The notes: a model not told the origin generated them from the letters alone. A stretch of 64,000 nt of DNA from a bacterium (GCA_021810905.1 JAJZQH010000003.1:1897-65896); one strand, 5' to 3'; numbered from the stretch's first letter, positions 50,847-61,833 are shown. Made by a program: numbers and translations.

Positions 50847-52274
50847 ATGTCGAGAAAGCGGCTCTTGTGGCAGCTCTATCCTTCGTATCTCGCGATCACG
50901 CTGCTGGCGCTCGTGGCGATCGCGATATACTCGTCCAATGCGTTCAAGCAGCTCTTCTACGAACAGACTCTCTCGGAGCTCACGCATTCGGCCAGGCTCG
51001 TCTCGCAGATCATACTTGGATCCAACGCATGGAGCGAGAAGACCATAGACGCAATATGCAAACAGGCGGCCCAGAACTCATCCAAGAGGATAACCGTAAT
51101 CCTTCCCGACGGCGTCGTCATCGGGGATTCAGAGGAAGATCCGGGTTTGATGGAAAATCACGCTGAGCGGCCAGAGGTGAGCGAGGCGCTCGAGGGCTCC
51201 GTGGGAATAGCCACGCGCCACAGCCGTACGCTGGGCAAGGACATGACCTACGCCGCGATACCGCTCTACAAAAACGACAAGGTGGCGGCAGTCGTGCGCA
51301 CGTCGATGCCAACGCGTTCGCTGTCGGAAGTTATGAGCTCTCTGTATGCGGGCATCGCACTCGAAGCCGTGCTCCTCGCCATCCTCGTTGCGGCGATGCT
51401 CCTCGTCATCTCCAGAAAAATAATCAAGCCGCTGGAGAAGATCCGGATCGGGGCACGCAAATTCCTTGAGGGAGATCTCTCATACCGTTTGAGGGTTCAC
51501 GGTTCCGATGAGGTAAAGGCGCTGGCGACGACGATGAACCAGATGGCGGCCGAGCTGCAGGAACGGATCGAGCGCCTCAAGCAGATGGAGAACACGCGCC
51601 GCGAATTCGTAGCCAACGTCTCTCACGAACTCAAGACGCCGATCACCTCCATCAAGGGGTTTGCGGAGACGCTGCGCGACGGTGCGCTGGACGACCCTTC
51701 GCGCGCGAAGCAGTTCCTGGAGATCATAGCTTCGCATGCCGAGAGGATATCCAATATCATCGAGGACCTTCTGCACCTCTCCCGGATCGAGCAGGTGCAT
51801 GAGGTGCAGCAGATACCGCTGGAGCGCAGCGCGATCAGGGAGATGCTCGAGTCCGCGATCCTCATGTGCGAGACCAAGGCTTCGGAGAAAAAAATTACGC
51901 TGGAGCTATCCTGCGACGCCGGGCTCACGGCCCTCATAAATCCTGCGCTGCTCGAGCAGGCGGTCGTGAACCTCATCGACAACGCGATCAAGTACAGCGC
52001 CGAAGGCGGAAAGGTTTTCATCGAAGCGAAGGACGACGCCTCGGGCATGCGCATCTCCGTGCGCGATTCGGGAGTCGGAATACCGCAGGAACACCTGTCG
52101 CGGATTTTCGAGCGATTCTATCGTGTGGACAAGGGTCGGAGCCGCAAGCTGGGCGGCACCGGCCTGGGGCTCGCGATCGTGAAGCACATCGTGGCTGTGC
52201 ACAACGGACACGTCTCCGTCGAAAGCACCGTGGGTCAAGGGAGCAAATTTACGATCCGCCTGCCGGCCGAATAA
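50847..52274 (+). CDS. phoR: Sensor histidine kinase (PhoR-like)
   Basis: TM regions, HAMP, HisKA (SHELKTP) and HATPase_c (GTGLGLAIV). Adjacent to the response regulator. Confidence 0.8.
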   Translation: MSRKRLLWQLYPSYLAITLLALVAIAIYSSNAFKQLFYEQTLSELTHSARLVSQIILGSNAWSEKTIDAICKQAAQNSSKRITVILPDGVVIGDSEEDPGLMENHAERPEVSEALEGSVGIATRHSRTLGKDMTYAAIPLYKNDKVAAVVRTSMPTRSLSEVMSSLYAGIALEAVLLAILVAAMLLVISRKIIKPLEKIRIGARKFLEGDLSYRLRVHGSDEVKALATTMNQMAAELQERIERLKQMENTRREFVANVSHELKTPITSIKGFAETLRDGALDDPSRAKQFLEIIASHAERISNIIEDLLHLSRIEQVHEVQQIPLERSAIREMLESAILMCETKASEKKITLELSCDAGLTALINPALLEQAVVNLIDNAIKYSAEGGKVFIEAKDDASGMRISVRDSGVGIPQEHLSRIFERFYRVDKGRSRKLGGTGLGLAIVKHIVAVHNGHVSVESTVGQGSKFTIRLPAE

Positions 52275-52423
52275 ACACTTTCGTCAGACGGCGAAGCCGG
52301 AAAACACTCATAATATCAGGATTGGACGGGAGCGATCCGGGGTCTGCGGTCTCCATATCAGGTGAATATTTTCGCTGGCTTTCGATACGAGAGATAGAAT
52401 ATAGACCTGCTTTCAAATGCCGC

Positions 52424-52545
52424 TAATGAATGCTCCCCGCGGCAAGCTGCGGGGTATCATCGGCAACATCTCCGATCACCCTCACCCTTCCCTCTCCCCT
52501 CAAGGGAGAGGGTGGTGGAAACCCCGCAGCAAGCTGCGGGGAATT
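52424..52545 (+). mobile_element. MITE/REP-like palindromic element, copy C
   Basis: TAATGAATGCTCCCCGCGGCAAGCTGCGGGG ... CCCTCTCCCCTCAAGGGAGAGGG ... CCCCGCAGCAAGCTGCGGGGAATTATCTCATTGA. Confidence 0.7.
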
Positions 52546-52618
52546 ATCTCATTGATGCATCAACCGTTGATGCATTGAGGCATTTAACCACCAAGCTGCA
52601 GATAGATGGAGGTGTACT

Positions 52619-53983
52619 ATGAAAAGGGTCATATGCTTGCCGATAGTGCTTCTCGCCTTTGTCCTCGTTTCATGTGTCAGCACTTCAAGCGGCACCAGCA
52701 GCGACAGCGGCACCACCAGCGGAACCTCGTCCACGACGATTCCCGCCAAGGCAGCAGTACTGCACAGCACGCCTCCATTCGGCGGGATCATGGTGGCCGA
52801 CAGTGGAGAGGTGATCCTCCCATTGGTCAGCTCCGACGGCAAGACGATCACCGGCGCCATCTGGAACAGCGAGACCGGCGGCACAGTCACGGTCTATCTC
52901 GATCCTTTGACCCACCTGCCCACCAAGACCATCCTTGGAGATTTCATCTTCCTCTTCTCCAACTGGAACGCGAACGCAGGAACCGTGGACATCGCTGAGA
53001 TCTACGGGCCAGGCAACTTCGTACAGTTGTTCAGGGGTGTGAGCGTCTCCTCGCTCGCGATCGCTAACGCCAATCTGAGTTCCAAAGACATGGCCTCCAA
53101 GTCGACGTGTTTCCCGGCCTGCGACTCCGACGCCAAGAATCTCGCGGAGCTCCTCAAGTTCGCGGGGCTGGGCATATCTGTCGGCGCATGCGGCGTGGCG
53201 ACGACCGTCTCGCTTGGAGCGATGGCGCTCCCGTGCGCCGGCGTTCTCGTGAGCACGGCCATCGCCGTTGTGGATACTGATACGTGGCTGCAGAATCTCG
53301 ACGATGCGGAGAGCATTCTTTCGGTGATCGACGCAGCGCAGTGCGCAACGCTCGATGTGGAGAGCTGCATCAGCACGATCCTCGGAGGTCTGAGCGCCCT
53401 CTTCGACAACGCGAGCAAGGTCGAGACCGCATATGCAGATTTTGAAACGAACGCAGATGCGGCGCTGGCAGATCCTGCCCAGCCGAGCGGCGTCATGCCC
53501 GGAAGTGGAGCTTTGCCGATAGCGGCGACAGGCACCTATGAATGCGATCCGAACGGCTCCATGCTCTATGAACCCTGCCTCACGGGCGGGACGAAGACAT
53601 GCCAGGCCGACTTCACCTATTCCGAATGTCCGAATGCGCCTTCCAGCAGCAGCTCAGGCAGCACCGGAGGAAGTGGAGGTTCCGGCGGAAGCGGCGGCAG
53701 TGGTGGAAGCGGAGGCAGCGGTGGAGGCAGCGGCGGGGCGTGTTCCTACAGCTACGATATTCCCAGCATGAAGTGCCCTGGCGAAACCTGCGTTACGTTT
53801 GCGGCTTGTTGCTCCTCATGTTCCATCAGCTCCTGCGTATCTACTTCTGACGAGCACTGCAACGGGGCGTCCTATTATTACAAGGTGTCAGGCGACCCAA
53901 CGCATTACTCGACCAGCTCGGCGTGTCAGTTGGCAGCTAACTGTGTTTACCAGTGTTTTGGCCAGACGGCCACGTGCAACTGA
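52619..53983 (+). CDS. Secreted lipoprotein with Gly/Ser-rich linker and Cys-rich C-terminus (paralog B of 16386..17618)
   Basis: Lipobox LVSC. It carries the same 50-aa conserved block as paralog A. A (GGS)n linker precedes a Cys-rich C-terminal module. Confidence 0.75.
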   Translation: MKRVICLPIVLLAFVLVSCVSTSSGTSSDSGTTSGTSSTTIPAKAAVLHSTPPFGGIMVADSGEVILPLVSSDGKTITGAIWNSETGGTVTVYLDPLTHLPTKTILGDFIFLFSNWNANAGTVDIAEIYGPGNFVQLFRGVSVSSLAIANANLSSKDMASKSTCFPACDSDAKNLAELLKFAGLGISVGACGVATTVSLGAMALPCAGVLVSTAIAVVDTDTWLQNLDDAESILSVIDAAQCATLDVESCISTILGGLSALFDNASKVETAYADFETNADAALADPAQPSGVMPGSGALPIAATGTYECDPNGSMLYEPCLTGGTKTCQADFTYSECPNAPSSSSSGSTGGSGGSGGSGGSGGSGGSGGGSGGACSYSYDIPSMKCPGETCVTFAACCSSCSISSCVSTSDEHCNGASYYYKVSGDPTHYSTSSACQLAANCVYQCFGQTATCN

Positions 53984-54002
53984 CCCACCAGGAAATGATT
54001 TG

Positions 54003-54035
54003 AAAAAGGCCACCCTCTGTCCGGGTGGCCTTTTT
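54003..54035. terminator. Bidirectional rho-independent terminator
   Basis: AAAAAGGCCACCCtctgtccGGGTGGCCTTTTT between convergent genes. Confidence 0.6.
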
Positions 54036-54059
54036 GCGAATGCAAAGAAATCGATTGTT

Positions 54060-54260
54060 TCACTTGTCGGTAATTGACCAGGTTCCGGACGCGGGCTTGT
54101 GCTTGCCGCAGTGCGGGCATTCGTCCGCGCCGTTCCAGAATGGCTTTCCGCAGTAGGGGCACGGCTTGCGCGCGGCCTTGCAATGAGGGCAGCTCGCTGC
54201 AAGGGGATCCAGAAGTTCTCCGCAGAGGTCGCATGAAATCATGGGATCAGCGATCTTCAT
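54060..54260 (-). CDS. Small zinc-ribbon protein (two CxxC pairs x2)
   Basis: CDLCGELL...CPHCK...CPYCGKPF...CPHCGK: four CxxC motifs in 67 aa. Confidence 0.5.
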   Translation of the reverse strand: MKIADPMISCDLCGELLDPLAASCPHCKAARKPCPYCGKPFWNGADECPHCGKHKPASGTWSITDK

Positions 54261-54300
54261 ATGCCCTCCGGATGGAATATTCAGAATATCGTATCGCATT

Positions 54301-55677
54301 TTATCGCTCCGAAACCATGGGCAAAGCCAGCGCGTTCGCGCCGCTCACCAGGTCTTCATAAGAATCGTCGTCCTGTGTCACACGATCTTCCTCTTCTGGG
54401 AACGAAGACTGACCGGTCCCCGCATCGAAGAGGAGATTTTTTTCATCTTCTCCACCCGCATTTCTCACATCCACTACAGAGTGGCCTGCGTGAAATTTCA
54501 CCTGTTCCACACCTGAATCGAGAGCTGCGATCACGCGCCTGGTTACGCTGTGCAATCTGGCCGGGTCATCGTCCATAATGCGGATGTGCATCGAGCCGAG
54601 AATCGCGAAATTGAGGACAGCGATCGGCGTGAAGAATGGAGCCGCGCCTCCGAAGACGCGATCTGCGTGACGCTGCAGATCGTGATGGCGCGCCTCTTTG
54701 CTCCGGGCGGCAATCAGATACGAATTTTCCATATCGAGCAGCCCCGCCATGCCGTTAAAACCTGTGAACCACGGTTTATCGTAAAGAGATTGAAAGAGCC
54801 GCTGCGGCAGCAGCTCATCAACGGGAAAGATATTGAACGTTTCACTGCGCGCCGCTTCATCCGCCATGAGCATGTAGCCCGCGGCAGCCCGATCGTCAGC
54901 TGCGATCCCCTCCTGGAATTCCAGCTCCGTTCGATCATCGGCAATACCGATTCGAGGCGCTGCGACGCCGAACGCATCGAGAACCGAGTGAACCGCGCGC
55001 GACCATTCGGCTTGAGATAACTCGCCCATCGAGTGCGCGCGCATGAGCTCCATCCTGATCTTCGAATCGCCTGCGGCGCTGGAGATCGTGAGCGGCAGTA
55101 GCAGCGGCCTCTGCACAGGAAAAGCCAGATTCACCGCCTCCATGATATGCTCGTGTCTCACTGCGCCATCAGCAGCCATGAGCAGGATATTATTTCCATA
55201 GTCGAACAGTGCGGTGCGCACTGCAGGCCCGCCAGCTTTCCCGCGCAGAATTTCCGCGAGCTCATGCACCCTCTCACCAGCGTTCCTCAACACGCGCACG
55301 TAGTTGTCGCGGAAAAAAACGTACCTGGAAAGCGCTGCGTATCCGGCAAATACCGATTCCAGACTCATCTCCGCGTTACGATCGCGCAAAAGATATCCGC
55401 GCGCGTCTTCTCGGAACCTGCGCACGGTTGAAATGAGCGCTCCATACTCCCGCGCCTTTGGATCCGCGCTCCTGGAAAGCACGGCATGAAAACGAACGCC
55501 CAACGCCGCGTACGTTTGAAACCGCCTCGGATCTTCCACGGCGCTCAAGAGCACAGCGCGGCTCTGTCCGACCAGAGTCGGATCGTCCTCGACGATGGAC
55601 CTCGCCAGCCCCCTGCCGTGCTCCGTCCTGAGGATGGAAAAATCGTAGCCTGATACCGCGCCGCTGGAATCGTACAT
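54301..55677 (-). CDS. Hypothetical protein (458 aa)
   Basis: Long ORF with coding-like composition. No family recognised. Confidence 0.55.
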   Translation of the reverse strand: MYDSSGAVSGYDFSILRTEHGRGLARSIVEDDPTLVGQSRAVLLSAVEDPRRFQTYAALGVRFHAVLSRSADPKAREYGALISTVRRFREDARGYLLRDRNAEMSLESVFAGYAALSRYVFFRDNYVRVLRNAGERVHELAEILRGKAGGPAVRTALFDYGNNILLMAADGAVRHEHIMEAVNLAFPVQRPLLLPLTISSAAGDSKIRMELMRAHSMGELSQAEWSRAVHSVLDAFGVAAPRIGIADDRTELEFQEGIAADDRAAAGYMLMADEAARSETFNIFPVDELLPQRLFQSLYDKPWFTGFNGMAGLLDMENSYLIAARSKEARHHDLQRHADRVFGGAAPFFTPIAVLNFAILGSMHIRIMDDDPARLHSVTRRVIAALDSGVEQVKFHAGHSVVDVRNAGGEDEKNLLFDAGTGQSSFPEEEDRVTQDDDSYEDLVSGANALALPMVSER

Positions 55678-55827
55678 TCAGATCACCTGTTCGAAAGCCC
55701 TCAGGAAGGCGTATAACGTCAACCCTTACCTCAGAGATAGCAATTTAATAATTTGAATATACACTGTTTTTTGAGATGCTCCAAGTCGCAAATGAATTGA
55801 TGGGCAGAAATAATGCTATCTGTGCGC

Positions 55828-55959
55828 TAATGAATGCTCCCCGCGGCAAGCCGCGGGGTATCACCGGCAACATCGACGATCACCCTCACCCTTCCCTCTC
55901 CCCTCAAGGGAGAGGGTGGCGGAAACCCCGCAGCAAGCTGCGGGGAATCATCTCATTGA
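55828..55959 (+). mobile_element. MITE/REP-like palindromic element, copy D
   Basis: Near-identical to copy C. Lies in the intergenic region downstream of the RND efflux operon. Confidence 0.7.
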
Positions 55960-56002
55960 TGGGCCATCTTGACACACGCGGCAGGATGTTTGCTCGAGAA
56001 GA

Positions 56003-59000
56003 TCAGCCTCTGAATTCCCTCTTCTTCCAGAGGAGATAAATTGCGGGGTACACCAGGAGTTCCATCGCGAATGACGTGACGAGTCCGCCTACCATCGGAG
56101 CTGCGATGCGCTTCATCATGTCCGCGCCCGTGCCGATGGACCACATGATCGGGATGAGTCCCATGAATGCGGCCATGACAGTCATCATCTTCGGCCGGAT
56201 TCTTTTCACAGCGCCGTGCACGATCGATTCCTTGAGATCTGAGATATCCTTGAGCATCCCGTTCTTGCGCGCGTCCTCGTGCGCGATGTCGAGATACAGG
56301 AGCATGAAAATGCCGGTCTCCGCATCGAGACCCATGAGCGCGATGAGCCCCACCCATACCGCGATCGACATGTGATAACCCAGGATGTACAGGAGCCAGA
56401 TCGCGCCGATCGCGGAGAACGGAACCGCGAGGAGCACGATCGCGGCCTTGATGCCGGACTTCGTGTTCAGGTAGAGCAGCACGATGATGATGAAGAGCGC
56501 GAGCGGCAACACCACCTTGAGCTTCTCGCGCACGTGCAGCATGTTCTCGTATTGTCCGCTCCACGCGAGCGCGTAACCTGACGGCAGCTCAAGGTTCGCA
56601 TTCACCGCTTTTTTTGCGTCAGATACAAAGCTGCCCACGTCGCGTCCGGCCAGATCTACGTACACATAGCCCGACAGCATTCCGTTCTCGTTTCGAAGCA
56701 TGCTCGGGCCCTGCACCAGGCGAATATCGGCCAGCGCAGCGATGGGCACCTGCGCGCCGTCGGGCGCCGCGACCAGCACGCGCGAGAGCGCGCTCATGTC
56801 GTCGCGAAGTTCCCTGCTGTAGCGCACGTTGATCGGATAGCGCTCTCGCCCTTCCACCGTCGTCGAGACGTTCTCTCCTCCGATGGCCGAGAGGATCGTC
56901 TCTTCCGCGTCGGCAACCGAAATTCCAAGCCGCGCGAGTTCATCACGCTTGAGGTCGAAATCCAGGAAGTATCCGCCTGCGGCGCGCTCCGCGAATACGC
57001 TCCTCGTACCCGGCACGCCCTTGAGTATAGTTTCAAGGCGGCTGCCGATCTTCTCGATTTCCTTTGTATCGTTTCCGAGGATCTTGATTCCTATCGGCGT
57101 GCGTATGCCGGTGGAGAGCATGTCGATGCGCGCCCTGATCGGCATGGTCCACGCGTTGGAGACGCCCGGGAACTGCATGGCCTTGTCCATCTCTGCAACG
57201 AGTTCGTCCCAGCTCAACCTGTCGTTCCAGATATGCCTCAATGGAGCCTTCATTATATCCGGCATCCATGAGTACCATCGTTTTTTTCCACGCCACTCAT
57301 CCATCGGTTTGAGCACGACCGTCGTCTCCATCATCGAAAACGGCGCAGGATCCGTGGAAGTCTCGGCGCGGCCCGCCTTGCCGAAGACCCGCTCTACTTC
57401 TGGAAACGATTTCAATATGCGGTCCTGCTGCTGAAGGAGATTCTGCGCCTCAGTCACCGATATGCCCGGCAGCGTCGTGGGCATGTAGAGGATAGTGCCC
57501 TCGTTCAAAGGCGGCATGAATTCGCTGCCCATCATGACGAACGGCGGGATCGCGGTAAGGAGTAAAACCCCCGCGATCACGATGGTCCTCTTCGGATGTT
57601 TTAATACGAGCCTGCATGCGGGTTCGTAAACTCGGAAGAGCCTCTTGCTCACCGGATGTTTTTCCTCGGCGTAATAGCTGCCGACGAAGACGCGGTTGTA
57701 GATCCAGGAGAGCCAGGCGGGCTTGAAGTTGCGAAAATCCATGCGCGTGAAGAGCATGCGCATCACCGGATCGAGCGTCACCGCGAGGAGCGCGGCGATC
57801 GCCATGGCGAACGTCTTCGAATACGCCAGGGGCTTGAAGAGCCGCCCTTCCTGATCCACGAGCGTGAAGATCGGCAGAAATGCGACTGCGATGACCAGCA
57901 GCGAAAAGAACACGGAGGGCCCGACCTGCTTGAGCGCGTCGAGGCGCACCTGATGGAAGTCTCCCTTGCGGCCGCCGTCCTTCCATTGCTGCAGCTTCTT
58001 GTAGGCGTTCTCCACCTCCACGATCGCGCCGTCCACGAGCACGCCGATGGATATGGCGATTCCCGCGAGCGACATGATGTTCGCGGTGAGCCCCATGAAG
58101 TAGAAGGGTATGAACGCGAGGAGCACCGACAATGGGATCGTGAATATCGGCACAACGGCCGAGGGGATATGCCAGAGAAAGATCAGGATCACTATCGATA
58201 CGATGATCATTTCCTCTATCAGCGTGTCGGTGAGCGTGGAGATCGAACGCAGTATGAGATCCGATCTGTCATATGTGGTGACGAGCGTAACGCCTTTGGG
58301 TAAAGACGGTTCGATCTCCTTGAGCTTCTCCTTCACGCGATCGATCACTCGAAGCGCGTTTTCTCCCTGCCGCATGATCACGATGCCGCCCACCGCGTCG
58401 CCTCTTCCGTCGAGGTCTGCCACGCCGCGCCTGATATCCGGCCCAAGCTCCACGTTGCCGATCTGCCCGATGGTAACCGGCGTGCCGGCTATCGGGTCGG
58501 CGCCGACCGCTATATTCCGGATATCCTCCACGCTCTTTGCGTACCCGCGGCCTCGCACCATGTATTCGCGTCCGGAAAATTCCACGAGGCGGCCGCCGAC
58601 GTCGTTGTTGTTGCGCCTGATCGCCTCCACGACCTGTCCGATCGGGATCTTGTAGGCCGCGAGTTTATTGGGATCCACGCCCACCTGATACTGGCGCACG
58701 AACCCGCCGACGGTCGCAACCTCCGCGACCCCGGGGACCGACTGGAGATAATAACGCAGATACCAGTCCTGATAGCTGCGCAGCCCAGCGAGATCGTTCT
58801 GTCCGGATTCATCCACCAGCGCATACTGAAAAACCCATCCCAGGCTCGTTGCGTCTGGACCGAGTTCCGTGGTCACTCCCTCGGGCAGTCGCGGAGTGAT
58901 CTTGCTCAGATATTCGAGCGCGCGGCTTCGCGCCCAGTATATGTCCGTCCCGTCCTCGAAGATGATGTAGACGTAGGAGAAACCGAAGTCGGAGAAACCG

Positions 59001-59245
59001 CGTATCGCGCGCACCTTCGGCGTGCCGAGCATTGCGGTGACGATCGGATAAGTGACCTGATCTTCGATGATGTCTGGGCTTCGATCCCACCGCGAATAGA
59101 TGATGACCTGCGTATCTGAGAGATCCGGGATCGCATCGAGCGGCACGTTCTTGAGACACCATACCGCGGCAGCTATGGCAGCCGCGGCAAGCATCAGCAC
59201 GACGACCTTGTTCTTCGTCGACGCCTCTATGATGCGTTCAATCAT
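56003..59245 (-). CDS. Heavy-metal efflux RND transporter (CusA/CzcA family)
   Basis: 1080 aa with 12 TM helices. HME-RND N-terminus (PLDAIPDLSDTQVIIYSRWDRSPDIIEDQVTYPI). Confidence 0.9.
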   Translation of the reverse strand: MIERIIEASTKNKVVVLMLAAAAIAAAVWCLKNVPLDAIPDLSDTQVIIYSRWDRSPDIIEDQVTYPIVTAMLGTPKVRAIRGFSDFGFSYVYIIFEDGTDIYWARSRALEYLSKITPRLPEGVTTELGPDATSLGWVFQYALVDESGQNDLAGLRSYQDWYLRYYLQSVPGVAEVATVGGFVRQYQVGVDPNKLAAYKIPIGQVVEAIRRNNNDVGGRLVEFSGREYMVRGRGYAKSVEDIRNIAVGADPIAGTPVTIGQIGNVELGPDIRRGVADLDGRGDAVGGIVIMRQGENALRVIDRVKEKLKEIEPSLPKGVTLVTTYDRSDLILRSISTLTDTLIEEMIIVSIVILIFLWHIPSAVVPIFTIPLSVLLAFIPFYFMGLTANIMSLAGIAISIGVLVDGAIVEVENAYKKLQQWKDGGRKGDFHQVRLDALKQVGPSVFFSLLVIAVAFLPIFTLVDQEGRLFKPLAYSKTFAMAIAALLAVTLDPVMRMLFTRMDFRNFKPAWLSWIYNRVFVGSYYAEEKHPVSKRLFRVYEPACRLVLKHPKRTIVIAGVLLLTAIPPFVMMGSEFMPPLNEGTILYMPTTLPGISVTEAQNLLQQQDRILKSFPEVERVFGKAGRAETSTDPAPFSMMETTVVLKPMDEWRGKKRWYSWMPDIMKAPLRHIWNDRLSWDELVAEMDKAMQFPGVSNAWTMPIRARIDMLSTGIRTPIGIKILGNDTKEIEKIGSRLETILKGVPGTRSVFAERAAGGYFLDFDLKRDELARLGISVADAEETILSAIGGENVSTTVEGRERYPINVRYSRELRDDMSALSRVLVAAPDGAQVPIAALADIRLVQGPSMLRNENGMLSGYVYVDLAGRDVGSFVSDAKKAVNANLELPSGYALAWSGQYENMLHVREKLKVVLPLALFIIIVLLYLNTKSGIKAAIVLLAVPFSAIGAIWLLYILGYHMSIAVWVGLIALMGLDAETGIFMLLYLDIAHEDARKNGMLKDISDLKESIVHGAVKRIRPKMMTVMAAFMGLIPIMWSIGTGADMMKRIAAPMVGGLVTSFAMELLVYPAIYLLWKKREFRG

Positions 59246-60368
59246 GCTTGTGTCCGCCCGTCGTTGCGCCAGCGGCCGCGGATAGCTTTGATTCCGAATC
59301 TATGAGAAACAGCGCCGAGGTGGCGACTGTCTCTCCATCTTTCAGTCCTGACTTCACGACAAAGCTCTCCTTGAGTTCCGGACCCAACTGCACGTCGCGC
59401 GGCACAAAATGCAGCCCCTCGTGCACGACGAAGACCAGTTTTCTTGTCCCGGAATCGATGACCGCTGATTTGGGCACGAGCAACTGCTGACCCAGGTCGT
59501 CATTCAGAAAAGCGGTGACGAACATGTTGGGCTTGAGCATCGCATTCGAATTATCGATTTCGATCCTCGCGCGAACCGTGCGAGTCGCGGGATCCAGCAC
59601 CGGATCGATCGCGCGGATTGTGCCGGTTCCGACGGGCTTGCCGTCCGGCAGCTCTATCGCCGCGCTCTGCCCTGCCTTGACATACGGCAGTTCGCGTTCG
59701 TAGATCGACGCGTAGATCCACGCCTTCTTTCCAGGCAGCACGAGGTTTTCGTCCGGCTTGCCGCGCGCGGAAAGAGCGCCGATCGCATCCGCGCTCATGC
59801 CCATGAGCGCGAGCCTGCGTTTTGCGGCCTGCACGAGGTCTTTGTCGCCGAGACGGCGCGCCTCGATGAGCTCGCGCTGGGCAACTTCCAGATCCGGATC
59901 AAACGCCACGCGGCCCACCGCGCGGATCGCGGCCACTGCAGGGCCCGTGACAACAGGCTCCGTCTTCACTCCGATGAGCTGCTGCCGCGCGCTGTCGATC
60001 ATCACGGTAGCGCGCGCATCCCCGCCCTTTTCAGGGTGAGGCGCCTGCTCCGGCATCTGCATGCCGGGCATCTGCATCGACGTCGGACCACCCGCCCCCG
60101 CGCCCTGCGGGGATTCCTGCTTCGGTTTCTCTTTCACGGGAACGAGGTCCATGCCGCAGATCGGGCACTTGCCCGGCCTGTCGGATATGTATGAGGGATG
60201 CATGGGACAAGTATAAAGTTGCTTCGCCTCCTGCCCTCCGCCTGCGCCGCCGTGACCGTGGCAGGAAGACATGCAGAGAGCAGCAGAGCCGGCCGCCGCG
60301 GCCATGAATGCGATGACTGCAACCGCCGTGACGAAACCTCGCAATGGCGAAGCGTTTGTATTGTTCAT
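59238..60368 (-). CDS. Efflux RND periplasmic adaptor (CusB/CzcB-like) with N-terminal CxxC metal-binding segment
   Basis: CPMHPSYISDRPGKCPICGMDL followed by a membrane-fusion-protein beta-barrel/lipoyl fold. Overlaps cusA-like. Confidence 0.85.
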   Translation of the reverse strand: MNNTNASPLRGFVTAVAVIAFMAAAAGSAALCMSSCHGHGGAGGGQEAKQLYTCPMHPSYISDRPGKCPICGMDLVPVKEKPKQESPQGAGAGGPTSMQMPGMQMPEQAPHPEKGGDARATVMIDSARQQLIGVKTEPVVTGPAVAAIRAVGRVAFDPDLEVAQRELIEARRLGDKDLVQAAKRRLALMGMSADAIGALSARGKPDENLVLPGKKAWIYASIYERELPYVKAGQSAAIELPDGKPVGTGTIRAIDPVLDPATRTVRARIEIDNSNAMLKPNMFVTAFLNDDLGQQLLVPKSAVIDSGTRKLVFVVHEGLHFVPRDVQLGPELKESFVVKSGLKDGETVATSALFLIDSESKLSAAAGATTGGHKHD

Positions 60369-61657
60369 TTTTCATCCTCCTTCAGAGGCGCGCCGACCGC
60401 GCGTTCGAGGTCGGCAAACGCCTGGGCCGCATCCACTCTAGCCCTTACGTACATGAGCTGCGCGTTGGAGAGGCTGCGGATCGCGTCGACGACGCCCAGA
60501 AAATCGCCGTTGCCGGACGCGTACGCCTCGCGCGAAGAGGCGAGCAACACCCGCGCGCGCGGCAGCACGGTGGCGCCGTAGATCCTCGCCGTCTTCTGCG
60601 CTGCGTTGATGCGCGCATACGCGATCTTCACGTCCGATTCAGCCTTTAACACCGCCGAATCCTTGAGCGACTGCGCGCGTTCCAGCATCGCCTTTGATTC
60701 CTTCACTCCAAATCGCTGTTTGGAGAACGACCATAGAGGCACGGTGATGCCGGCTCGGCCATACCATGCATTCAGCACGCCGGCCGGATTGTCCATGTAA
60801 CCGAGCCGCAGCGTGAGGTCAGGGCCGTACTGGGATTTGGCGAAAGAGAGCTTCGCCCGCTGGGAAAGTATCTCGCTATCCGCTTCAGCGACCTCGGGCC
60901 TCTGCTCCCTCGCCTTTGCGACGAGCTTCTCCACGCCCGCCACATCAGGCGGAGGTGGAGGCTCCGCGAGCTTCACTGAAGGATCGAGAGGTTTTGCCAT
61001 GAGCTTCGAGAGCTCCGCGATAGCGGCGAGGCGATCCTGTTCGATGATCGCGATCTTTCCTTCGATGTCGCCCAGCTCCACGGATGCGCGGACTGGCTCC
61101 GAGACAGGGCCCTTCAAATTTGCATAGGATTCTTCAGCCGAGCCCTTGCCCTGATGGAAGATCGCAAAGGCCTCGTGCTCGATCCTCTCCTCCTCGGAGA
61201 GGCGCCACAGATCCAGGTATGCGCGCTTTACCTGGCGCACGAGTTCCTGCGCCGCGGTCTCCTTGCGCGAGAACGCCGCGTCGGCCGCGCGCTTCTCAGC
61301 CTTGTAGCCGTAGACGAGCTTGGCTGGGAACGGGATCTGTTGCTCACCCATGTACTGTATGGTGCCCTGGGTCACGTCCGCCGTGTTGATCGGCACGCCG
61401 ATGAAATCGACCATGAACTCCGGGTCAGGCGGGCTCGCAGCCTGCGGCGGGCGCGCGCGCGCGGCATCCAGCTCATGCCCCGCGGAGGCGAGGTCCGGAT
61501 TCTCCGCAAGCGCCGCGGCGATAGCGCTGTCCATCGTGAGCGTCTCATCGACGCGGGCCGCACCGCCAGAGGCGGCAGCAAAAGCGAGCGCCATCAACAC
61601 GGCCACGGCTGATGAAACGAGTCTCATCGACAAAAGAGCCTTTCGCGAGGGTGACAA
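60365..61657 (-). CDS. TolC-family outer membrane efflux protein
   Basis: Signal peptide and a two-repeat OEP architecture. First gene of the tolC-adaptor-RND operon. Confidence 0.85.
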   Translation of the reverse strand: MSPSRKALLSMRLVSSAVAVLMALAFAAASGGAARVDETLTMDSAIAAALAENPDLASAGHELDAARARPPQAASPPDPEFMVDFIGVPINTADVTQGTIQYMGEQQIPFPAKLVYGYKAEKRAADAAFSRKETAAQELVRQVKRAYLDLWRLSEEERIEHEAFAIFHQGKGSAEESYANLKGPVSEPVRASVELGDIEGKIAIIEQDRLAAIAELSKLMAKPLDPSVKLAEPPPPPDVAGVEKLVAKAREQRPEVAEADSEILSQRAKLSFAKSQYGPDLTLRLGYMDNPAGVLNAWYGRAGITVPLWSFSKQRFGVKESKAMLERAQSLKDSAVLKAESDVKIAYARINAAQKTARIYGATVLPRARVLLASSREAYASGNGDFLGVVDAIRSLSNAQLMYVRARVDAAQAFADLERAVGAPLKEDEK

Positions 61658-61833
61658 TAAGTGAATTTATAATTTTTTTTGACCGAAATGTCATTATCGA
61701 ACAATTAAACAGCCCCAATCCCGCAAGACTCGTTCCATCGCTCCTTACGAGGCTACGGCAATAGATTGTAGCTGGTGAATGGTGCTGCGAAACGCAGCAG
61801 CGGTGCATGTGCTTGAGCGTACTCTCATATTCG

